The notes under the pieces were generated by a model. The model saw only the letters and a program-made list of their open reading frames with translations. It was not told the origin of the DNA and ran no database searches. A stretch of DNA of 63,107 nt, counting the filler, from Octopus bimaculoides (Eukaryota): NCBI RefSeq assembly GCF_001194135.2. It is 4 parts of 4 records of this genome, joined end to end, with 100 filler letters (N's around TTAATTAATTAA, not from the genome) between each part and the next. Parts side by side here need not be neighbours in the genome. Positions count along the whole stretch, not along the records: positions 34,832 to 58,106 come from NC_069006.1; 3 more parts are not named here. One strand, 5' to 3'. Position 1 is the first letter of the stretch. Each line of letters opens with the position of its first letter. The position numbers were made by a program, and so were the translations under genes. Below, piece after piece: positions 36,518-48,000 of the stretch.

Positions 36518-39111
36518 ATGTCTCCTGGGTTATCCATATTCATACCAGTGACTCTGCCATGTTAAGACTGGAAGAAAAACAGATTCTAAAGGTACGTATG
36601 GTTTATTTATTTATTTATTTCATCATCATCATTGTTTACTGTCTGTTTCCCATGCTGGCATGTATTAGATGGGTTGACAAGAGCTGCTAAGGCCAACTGC
36701 TGTACCAGACTCTGATGTCTGTTTTGGGGGATGGCTTCTACAGCTGGATGCCCTGAAATTACAGACTTGCTGAGGCACCACCTTGAAGGGTTTTGTTAAA
36801 CAAACAGACTCCAGAAATTATTTTAAGCCGGGTACTTATTCTCTCAGTCACGTTTTGCCCAACCATTAAGTACAGGGATGTTAACAAACTAACACCAGTT
36901 GTCAAGCAGTGGTGAGAGACTAACACAGACAGACAAACACACACACTCACGCACATAAATATCTACAAAATTAATAGATGTCACAAAAGTGACAGAAGGT
37001 GCTGTCCAGCGCTGCTTATGCTAAAATAAGAGTTGGATTAACACCGAGGCCACTGAAGCACTCGACTTAATGACTGACAAAGGGAGGTAAGTCCCTTGCG
37101 TCTATAGCCGTATCACAATTTCGAATTTTGGTGAAGACCATCTTAATTCTGATCAGTGGCTCTTAACGCCTAGGGTTAAGCTCAACTTCTCTTATCAATC
37201 TTAAAAGAAAAACCACTGAAGGACAAGTTCAGTTCAGTTTAACCCTAGGCATCGAGAGTCATTGATGAGAATTAAGATGCTCTTCACCAAAATTCACAAT
37301 CACGATGCGGCTATACACGCAAGGGACTTACCTCCCTTTGTCCGTCATTAAGTCGAGTGCTTCAGTGGACTTGGAGTTAATCTCTTATTTTAGCATAAGC
37401 AGCGCTGGACAGCATCTTCTGTCATTTTTGTGACCTCTGTTAATTTTGCCTTTAGGTTCATCATCATCATCATCATTTAATGTCTGTTTTTCATGCTGGC
37501 ATGAGTTGGACGGTTTGAATGTTCTAATTACTAATAAACCACCCTTTTAATTTGTTGTTCATAATTATATACATACATTCACACACAAATATATGATGGG
37601 CTTCTTTCAGTTTCCGTCACCCACATCCACTCACAAGGCTAGAGTAGAAGACACTTGCCTAAGGTGCCACGCAGTGGGGCTGAACCCGGAACCATGTGGT
37701 TGGGAAGTAAGCTTGTTACTACATAGCTGCACCTGTGCCCATAGTAAAGCATAGATCCAAACTTTGTATGTTTGTGATTGAAAGCTGGTGTCAAAAGCGT
37801 TTTGTCTTTTGTAGAATTTTCCTTGGATTGAAGCTGAAGAAAAGCAGAAAACCATGTCCAATTCGTCGCTGGTGCCAATGAAGACTGTGAATTCAGATAT
37901 TGTGAAGGTAAACAGTTCATTTTGATTATTTCCCACATACCTGCATTATCATCTTCATCATTGTTTTAACCCTTTAGCTACCCAACCTTCCTGAAACCAC
38001 TTATGATGCAAATTTCCCATTTTAAAGTAATCTAAATTAAAATTTCTTGTTAGTTTATGTTCCAAACCTCAGCTGAATAATGTCAGAATTATTTAAATAT
38101 TTTTTTTTTAATTATTTTCAAAATTGATTGATAAAAAGGCATTATGTCGTGCTTGAGAAGAAAACCCATCAAGCTGAGCAAAATTGCAGTCATGGCAAAT
38201 ACTGGTGTCCTGCAAATGGCATGTAAAAGCACCTGTTGCACTCTTGGAGTGGTTGGCATTAGGAAAGGCATCCAGCCATAGGAAGCCATGCCATATTAGA
38301 CTGGAGCCTGGCGCAGCCTTCCAGCATGCTCGCTCCATGTCAAATCGTCCAATCCATGCCAGCATGGACAGCAGATGTTAAATGATGATCTGGACAGAAC
38401 CATCCTTTGTCGTTTTGTACAGCACGAGAGGAAGGGCAGGACGGAAGCCATTTAGTTCAGTTAAAGGATGTACTCCAAAGAAAAGCAATACCCTATGCAC
38501 CAGGCTCTTGAATAGCACTGGTCTACCTGCATTCTTATACACAAGTGGGATGTGGGCTGTTACAATGAGGATTGAACACCAGTTGGCTATGACATAAAGG
38601 GCCATGGAAAGGTTCATGCCAGGAAGACCTTTGAGAGTCCACGTTTGAAATGAGTTAATTCAAGAATGGGGTGGAGTGTAAGATGTGGTTGCAGAGTTTT
38701 GAAAACACCAGTTTCACAAAGCTGGACATGTTGCAATGCTCATAAGACAAGTGGAGCCATGCAGTTGAGCAACGGCATCCAAGAGATGAGGAAAGAGCAC
38801 TGGGAAGGCCTCCACAAGGATGGGAAGATACGGTTTGATCAAAGAACGATGCAATCAGGACAGAAATGGAAGTGCATTGTGACCAGTGGTGTATAACCGC
38901 ATCTGATGGTCTGATCGATGGTGTGATTAGGTGTGTTTAGTCAGGGCTGACCGTGGCTTACTCAATATCAGCATCATTTTACAGGTTAAAAGAGAGAAAA
39001 CGAAATGGAAAACAAACACAAATTCGCTGTCCTCTTATTTTGTTTTTGGATTTATTTCAGATGCAATTATTTGTTGAGGAGAGTTCTTTGAAACGGAAGC
39101 TGGACACTTGA
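36518..39111 (+). CDS. 3' part of an unidentified protein-coding gene: exons 36518-36591, 37815-37907, 39061-39111 (DVSWVIHIHTSDSAMLRLEEKQILK / NFPWIEAEEKQKTMSNSSLVPMKTVNSDIVK / MQLFVEESSLKRKLDT*)
   Basis: Three canonical AG/GT-bounded exons with matching phases (1-0, 0-0, 0-stop). AATAAA at 39114-39119. No family recognised. Confidence 0.65.
36966..37448. repeat. Long fold-back inverted repeat (arms about 220 bp, spacer about 35 bp), MITE-like
   Basis: 36966-37188 is a close reverse complement of 37225-37448. Confidence 0.9.
38400..38900 (+). mobile_element. Degraded RTE-1-clade LINE 3' fragment
   Basis: Relics RGRAGRKPFSSVK, NSTGLPAFLY, RAMERF, KAGHVA and WHPRDEERALGRPPQGWED match the RTE C-terminal pattern. 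Confidence 0.75.
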
Positions 39112-40501
39112 GGAATAAATACCAAGCGAATTGTTGTATTTTCTCTTCAAACAGAAGAAAGACCATTTGCTGATGTGTGTGTGTGTGTGTGTGCGCATGT
39201 TGTTGTTGTTGTTGTTGGGTTAGCGTCTTTGTACAAAAGCTTTGTCATTGGATAACACATGCTTGTTGTTGTTGCTGTTGTTAAAGTGTGATTTCAAAAC
39301 AAAAAAGAAACCCTCCCCCTCCAACTGACTTTATATCACAGTAATCAGTGAAATCATTTTAGTCTGGGACTAAATCACTTCGAAGCCGTCTTCTGTGAGA
39401 GAACAAACGAACAAGAAACTTCATTAATTTTGCCATGTTGATTCAGACGTGTTACCAAGGTATGTGTCTGTATATATTCGTGTACCTAAATAACATAAAT
39501 GTACTTTGATTTTATCCATGTCATGTTTGCAGTTAATTAATATCTTTCAGCTGTTGATTGCTCGTTATTCCTAAGCCTAAACATAATCTCTTCCAGATTC
39601 CTCTTAAAAAACACATAGAAAAAGAAGATAAAAATAGACACATTGCAGCTTTTTAATGAAGTCATCATCATCATCATCTAATGTCCATTGTCCATGCTGG
39701 CATGGGTTGGACTGTTTGACCGGGGATGCTAAGCTGGAAGGCTGCACCAGACTCCCGTGTGATTTGGCAGGGTTTTCTACGGCTGGATGCCCTTCCTAAT
39801 GCCAACCACTCCACAGAGTGTAATGGGTGCTTTTATGTGCCACCAGCATGACACCAAGGTGCGTTTATGTGACACCAGTATCTGCCACGGCTGCAATTTT
39901 GATCGACCTGATGGGTCTTTCTCAAAAAAGTGTGTTAATGGTGTCCCCCCGCCACAACTTTTGTTTTTAATCAGGAGAAAAACCTTACAATCTTTTGATC
40001 AACCCAGCACTTTGTCTTGTAAAAGGCCCAGACTTTTACCAGTTGAGAAAATTTATCGAAGATGATTATTCTTTGGACAAAGAGATTACACTTATGCTAG
40101 CAATGAGAGTGATTCGGGCAATGAAACTGGTGAAAGTTATAAGGAAAGAAGCGATTCTGGTGACGAAATACAGTTGAGAGATAGGCCTCTTATTGATCCA
40201 TTTTGTGATTGGAGCCTGGTGCAGCCTTCTGGCTTGCCAGCCATCACTCAAACTGCCCAACCCATGCCAGCAGGGAAAGCAGACGTTAAACAACGACGAT
40301 TCTGTTCATTAACTTACATAACAAATATGGAAATATGGTAGTTAAAAGAAAGGCCTCTTATAACATTAACATTATATCTTTAGTCTTCAGATTTCTCTGT
40401 CAAATGCAAAGCTTATTTGTCATGGGGTTTTTTCTTCTTTTTTTGATTTTGTCCATTTGTTTACGTACAATTGTTACCCTTGAGTTGTGTGTATATATAT
40501 G

Positions 40502-40537
<36 letters not shown>

Positions 40538-40894
40538 TGTATATGTATATATATATGTATATGTATATATATATGTATATATATGTATATATATGTATAT
40601 GTATATATATATGTATATATATGTATATGTATATATATGTATATGTATATATGTTGCTGTTGATGCCTCGTTCAGAGATTTAACATTGCTTGTTTTCACT
40701 TTATCGAGATCAGTGAATAATTTCACTGGAAAAAGTTATATATATTTGGAAAGGAATATCTACATAAATATATATATATATAAATAAATAAATATATACA
40801 TACATAAATAAATAAATATATATATATATATATTTTTTTTTATAGTTTCAGCCTAGAGCTGCGGCCATGCTGATGCACCGCCGTGTTGCTACAC

Positions 40895-41370
40895 TGTTAT
40901 TACAGGGAGCCTCTTACAATATGTGGCACTTGGTGAAGAATGGAGTTTGATTTAGCAACCCTTATTTGCACCTCCTGCTGCGAGGTAGGTTCATTTGGGA
41001 CTCTCGACAGGAAGAGGTCCAGCTTTGATTTAAAAATCCCTACATCTACTTTGTGCCGGTTCCTCAGGCTCTTTGGGAGAATATTATAAAGCTGTGAGCC
41101 CCTGAAACCCAAACTGTTGCAGTAACTGGTCCTCAAGCGCGATGGCACTACGCAGTGTCGTCCCGTTCTTCCATTGGTGCAGCTTTCAATGCCAAAATTT
41201 GGCACAATTCCTTCCAGAATCTTCCAGATGTATATTACTGCATACCTCTCCCGCCTTCTCTCCAGGGAGTAGAGTCTTAGTTGTTTCAGCCTTTCCCACT
41301 AGCTGAGCAGTTGCAAAGAGACAATCTTCTTTGTGAATCTTCTCTGGATTGCTACAAGGTCTGCTGTTAA
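40895..41370 (-). mobile_element. CR1/Crack-type LINE 3' fragment (short related piece at 11070-11150)
   Basis: YIWKILEGIVPNFGIE...GRHC...SLGFRGSQLYNILPKSLRN...FKSKLDLFLSRVP. Confidence 0.8.
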
Positions 41371-41892
41371 TTTCACAATATATATATATATATATATATT
41401 TATGTATGTATATATTTATTTATTTATATATATATATTTATTTATATATATTTTTATTTGTATATATATATTTATTTATTTATTTTTTATTTATTTATTT
41501 ATATATTTATTTATATATATATATTTATTTATTTATTTTTTATTTATATATTAATTTTTTTATTTATATATTTATTTATATATATATTTATTTATTTATA
41601 TATATATATATTTACTTATATAGGTTTATTTATTTATATATATATATGTATTTATTTATGTATATATATATGTATTTATTTATTTATATATATATATAGA
41701 TAAATAAATATATATATAAATAAAAAATAATAAATATATATATAAATAAATATATATAAATAAATATATAAATAAATAGATATATATAAATAAATATATA
41801 CATACATAAATAAATATATATATAAATAAATACATATATATATATAGAGAGAGAAGAAAAAACTGAAACACTGATGTATAAGCATAAAGATG

Positions 41893-41902
41893 TTTATTTA
41901 TT
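41893..41902 (-). terminator. Putative polyadenylation signals (overlapping AATAAA) of the C22orf39 homologue
   Basis: tttatt hexamers on + about 180 nt beyond the stop codon. Confidence 0.5.
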
Positions 41903-42076
41903 TACAGAACAAATTTACAAGAGTACAAAAATACAGAAAGCTAAGAGGAGACGGCATTGTATTTCTAAACCAATAACCAGTTTCTGGAGGCCCAGAATTA
42001 CATGATAGTAGCCATGTGCTTAATTGGCAGATGGATGTGTAGAAACAACTCCAGGATATTTATATAAATACTATTA

Positions 42077-45000
42077 CTAAATTATGGTACACATAGAGTT
42101 TTGTGTTGGTGAGTCTATAATAGAAGCTGTTTTTGTCTTGTTTTCCTGTATATTGGAAAGAACACTGTTTTCATGTAGTTTCTCCCATTCTGGTAACGGT
42201 TTGGCCCAATCTGGTGGAGGACTGCTTCGATATTCCCAGACGTCGTTCATCTGAGCTTTTCTAATTCGGTCTTCATGGCGGGCTTTTTCATTTTCAAGCA
42301 GTTTCTCCTGTAAAATCGAAACAAAACAAGTCACTGCATTACAGGCCAATTAAAAACATTCTGTGTAGATCCATAATTTCCAACATGGGGTGCATACCCC
42401 ACCAGAAGGCATGGTAATATTTCGGTGAGGAGGCATGTACCGTTTGTACACACTATCTAGTATACCAATAACACAAAGAATGAGTTAAAAAAATAAAAAT
42501 TCTGTACACCCCCCTCCTGTCAAAATTTTTTTCGAGTTTGACACTTTAGAGATCTGATGTCTTTAGAGATCTGACATCGGGATCTGATGTCTCTAAAGTG
42601 TCAAACCCGAAAAAAATTGTTATGGGGGTGGTGTACAAAGTTTTTTTAATTTTTTTTTTTTTTACTTACTCCCCCTTTTACAGAAGGTATAAAGTGTGTG
42701 GGTTATTACAAACGCATGTCTGTGCGTCTCCTACACATTTTAAAGATTTTATTTCCAGATAATATTTACTCTTTCACCTGTTTGAGTCTTTTGACTGTGG
42801 CCGTGCTGGAGCACTGCCTTTAGTCGAGCAAATCGAACCCGGGACTTATTTTTTGTAAGCCTAGTACTTATTCTATCCGTTTCTTTTGCCGAACCGCTAA
42901 GTTACGGAGACATAAGCACACTAGCATCGGTTGTCAAGCAATGCTAGGGGGACAAACACAGACACGNNNNNNNNNNNNNNNNNNNNNNNNNNNNNNNNNN
43001 NNNNNNNNNNNNNNNNNNNNNNNNNNNNNNNNNNNNNNNNNNNNNNNNNNNNNNNNNNNNNNNNNNNNNNNNNNNNNNNNNNNNNNNNNNNNNNNNNNNN
43101 NNNNNNNNNNNNNNNNNNNNNNNNNNNNNNNNNNNNNNNNNNNNNNNNNNNNNNNNNNNNNNNNNNNNNNNNNNNNNNNNNNNNNNNNNNNNNNNNNNNN
43201 NNNNNNNNNNNNNNNNNNNNNNTTATTAATGTCACATATTTATATATATATAAAACAAATAATAAATGAGTATATGCATATATACGTACAGGTATGTGCA
43301 TACCTACGTCTACCTGTGTATATAGGTGCATATCTGGGTACAGGACATTGTAAACAAAACGTAGACAAGAAAATAATAATAACCAGAGTACAGAAAACAC
43401 ACAGGCCACACATAACATTTTCCTTCATCAGCTACCCCCATTTTAACACTGGCGTTTCGAAGAGTCGGGCAGGATGCATCGTTAAAATGGCTCTTCCCAT
43501 GGACCGCAATTTAAATTTGTATACACAAATTAAACTCGTGACATGGAGGAATGTAGTGGCGGTCAAAAAACAAGACAGGAAAACAAACGGAAAAGAAAAC
43601 AAGACAGGAAAGGCCAGACGTGAAAAATTATGTGTATATGAACGCTGTGAGGCACGAACTGAAAGAGGCACGAACTGAAAGTGGCACGAAGTAAGTTCGC
43701 ATGTTTGCTCGGCGATAGCCAAGGAAGAAAAGGATTAGTGACCGGAAACATGTGACGAGGGAGGGGTAAGGAAGAGAGAGAGTGGTAGAGGGAGAAACAA
43801 GGGGAGGAAGTAGAAGAATAGGTGAGCAACGAGAAATATAGTTGTAACAGAAGGAAGAACGAGAGGGGGAAAAAGTGATAGAGATAGATAGAGTCGCGTC
43901 AGAGAATATAAAGTTCACGACAGGCTTCTTTCAGTTTCTGTCTACCAAATCCCCTCACAAGGCTTCGGTAGGCCCGAGGCTATAGTAGAAGACACTGGCC
44001 CAAGATACCATGCAGTGGGACTGAACCCGGTACCATGTGGTTGGTAAGCAAGTTACTTACCACACAGCCTTAACCAATTTAATGATTCAATGGGGCATGG
44101 CCAAAAATCGGTTGGGGACCACTGCTGTAGACTATACAGCACAATTATACACCATACAACGCTACAAAGCTGAATGCTGTTCCTAACACTACAGAGTGCG
44201 ACTGGGTGCTTTTTATGTGGTACCAATGAGGTCACCAAGTCCCTCCTTCCCCAAGGTAAGACTCCTTAACTGAGTGCAGTATACACTGGAGAAATGAGAA
44301 ACTATGATAGACGGGGAGGAGCAGGTATCTTATCAGCATCATCATTTAACACCCATTTTCCATGCTGGCATGTGTTGGATGGTTTGACAGGAGCTGCACC
44401 AGGCTCCAGTGGTTTGCTTTGGCATGGATTCTACAGCTGGATGCCCTTCCTAAAGCCAACCACTTTAAAACAATACTTCAACAATATGTACTCATCTAAT
44501 CCATGCTAGCAGACAAAAAACAGACGTAAAACCTGAATGGATGTGGGAGAAATTGGAATACATACCACAGCTTCGAGTGATCGTGTATGACGAAATTTGA
44601 GGCAGTTTTCATAGTTGGCTTTCCACTTGTCGCAATCAATATATTGACCAAAGACATAATACTGATGGAAGCGGCCCTTCATACCTGCAAAACAGACTCG
44701 TTTACTCATTTAGTTTCAAGCATTAACGTTTATTGTAATTGAGAGGAGTATTTGAAAGAAGATGACGGTTAACAAAGCCCAAGTATGGTTACACACAGAA
44801 TCCTGATGGGAGTCAACCCAGGGTGGGTTTAGTTAATTAGTTAAGAGTTATCCATGTCAATGGTCTGTAAATTCATTAACATGTCTTCTTAACTCATACA
44901 CTGGTTTGACTGGCTGGAAATAACAGCCAAAATTTCCATCACAACAATACTCGTCTTTACAAAAAGGAAGGACACCTTATATACACTATACTTGAAAAAA

Positions 45001-48000
45001 AATAAAGTGAGGTAATCACAGCTGGAATACTTTTCCAGTCACAGCTGCCCCACATCTGGACTGACCTGGGACTACACAATAAATAACAGCACCACTTCCC
45101 CCCCCCCCACACAGTTATATATTAGTAAGAACCTAAAACAATGTCCCTTTATGTCTATTAAAAGGGTTTGATGTAAGGAAAGTCCGTTAGTCACAGGAGG
45201 AGGGGTAGCACTCAGGTATTTTCTTTTAGGGATGGAAAAGAGAGAGGGAAACCATAAATTCGTAGTTACCCTGAGATCAGAGACCTGGTCCCTTACACAA
45301 GCTCCCTGTGGATTAAGTCTACTATACAACAACAGACAATTCCTTTGACAGGTTCCTGCAGCTTCGTCCAAGAGTCACAAGCATAGCTAGAGCTAAATTC
45401 CTTAACATCCCCTGAGCTCCATGGGGTGTGAAGAGTGTGTCAAAGATCATTTGAAGGACGTTCGTTATAAAACAACAACAAAGATATTAGTAATTACATT
45501 GGAAATTACTCACATACTTTTACATTCTTGGTATTCATCTTGGTACACCTCACAGGGACGTAACTGAAAAAAAACAAGGTAAGACATATCAACAGGTTAA
45601 ACAGACCATTTAAGGTTTTCTCTGGAGATTTTCCATAGAAATCAGAGCCAGCATGTCATCTTCATTTAACGTCTGTTTTTTACGCTGGCATGGGTTGGAC
45701 AGTTTGACTGGAACTGGTAAGCTGCACCTGGTTTCTATAGCTCGATGCCCTTCTCAATGCCAATGAGTGCTTTTGACGTGACACCGACACGAGTGTCATA
45801 CGCACGACGCCGGCAACAGCCACGACTACGATTTCACTTGGTTTAACAAGTCTTCTCAAGCACCGCATACCACCACCAGAGATCTTGGTCACTTGTCATT
45901 GCCTCTGTGAGGCCCAACATTTAAAGATCATGCTTCAGCCCCTCACCACTGTAGGGTCCAATGTTTTATAAATGAATACATTTGTTAACAGTGCAATTGA
46001 AGACAGAAACCTAGGTAACCGGTGTCAATACATTTTTCAGGTGCTCCTGAAATATTCACATACGCCGTTTTTCTATCTTCGATCGCATTGTTGACACGGA
46101 TGTAATACGAAAGATTGTGCTGGCTCTGATTTCAAAGGAATATCTGTAGAGATAACTTTAATGAGTGAATGATTAGTCCTGTTAACACAGGTAAGACACA
46201 ACATTGACATAGATTTGAGAGATAATCCAAATTCTGTAACATTGTGACCTGGGTGTCAAGGGGGCAGCAGCCTGAAAAGGTTTGAGGAGCCCTGGTCTAT
46301 AGCAACCAAATAAAGAAGGGCTTTGGAGAGCAGTGAAATGTGGTTCTCAAGGGGAATATTGAGGATAGAATGGACAGACAAAGTGATGACCTGGGCTGTG
46401 GAAAATGGGAAACTGCTTTGTGAGATAAGGACCAAGCAACTGAGATTTCTTGGTCATGTGATGAGGAAAGAGGGCCCAGGGAGAATTTAGTGATGACCAA
46501 AAAGATTGAAGGGAAAAGAAGTTGGGTAAGTAGAAGGGAGGTATTGATGTGAAGCTTGACAAACTGGTTGGAAGAAAGAGGAATTGGAAATGTTATAGAA
46601 AACAAAAGAACAGAGAATTATGGCAGAACACGCTCGCTTGTGTCCTCCTAGTTTCTGGACATGGCACCTAAAAGAGAGCTTCCCCATATACGCCACGTGC
46701 CCACACGAGCACAGTCTTCTCTCTTACATGCCCGATTGGTCAATGGTTACTATTCTACTTAGTTTTTCTCTCAACTCATTTGGACATCGTTGTTTCTGCG
46801 TCCCGACATGCTGGAATCGTAGAAAATGTGCAGAGAAAAAAACCGAAAGGCAATTTTGCAAGGGAGATAACTGGGTTAACGTCCATAGCGATTATGAATG
46901 GATTTTCTAAACTGATTGAAGAGATATTCTACGATAACGTTGTAAAGTATTTAGGATAGAGAAGGAAATTAAAAGTGGAAGTAAAAATTGCTATTCCATC
47001 AGACTTTAGACCAACAAAAGGTTTCTAGAAATATAACCATACAACTATTGAAAAGGTTGAAAGGCGCAACGGAAATTTTAGAAAAATAAATAAATGAGTT
47101 GAAATTTTATCGGTGAGTGTGTTAAATTATAAGGCACTAAAAGAGAATGGCTCTCCAGACACAACAATAACCATAGAACATTTGAATAAAATGGTAAAAA
47201 ATGCTGACTTGATGTAGAATTAAGAGAAACGAAGATAACTGAAACTTCTCAATGTGTCATGTCAGCGCTACACACACACACACACTCCCGTCACGATTCT
47301 GAGGTGTTCTGAAATGATGTAAGTTATCGACAACAAACAAATCTATTAATTACGGTGTATATTTCAAGAAGGTAACTATGGATACGGGTATGTGTGGTGG
47401 TAGTGTTAGCGGATGGGACTGGGAGGTCCGAATACACGATATATGCATTGGGTTGAGTGTTTCTCTCCATTCGACAATCTCTGTCGGTTTATTTACATCC
47501 CCGAAACATCGGTTTAACAAGAAATAGAAGAAATGAAAAACGTAATAAGTGCCAGACTTAAAATAGGTACTGGGGTCAATTTGTTCAATTAAATCAGGAC
47601 CATTCTATATTTCTGAGGATTATTTACAATGGACGGATAGGTGTCCTCACCCTGTTTGTTGGGCACCACTTTAATACAGAGGTCCCGATGCATCAATTTC
47701 TACATTTTTGCCCACTTCTTTCCACTTTCGAATCCTTTGGGGGCTGAAGGGGTAAATTTATCGAATACAAAACGGAAAAGATCACCAAAGAAACGGTATA
47801 CTACGTTCACTCAGTTAAATTATTTTACTTCAATGATTATATTAATTTCAAATTTTGGCACAAGGCCTGCACTTTTGCGAGTGGGGGATAAGTCAACTAA
47901 ATCGATCGGTATTACTTAAATACAGAGGTCCCTTAATGGAATTACTTAAATACAGGTGTTACGTACAAAACATTTTAAATGTATGCTGTGTGGACGTGTA

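Noticed and set aside
46880-47270. Possible second Penelope-like RT relic on +
   Set aside because: It is too degraded to support from the sequence alone.
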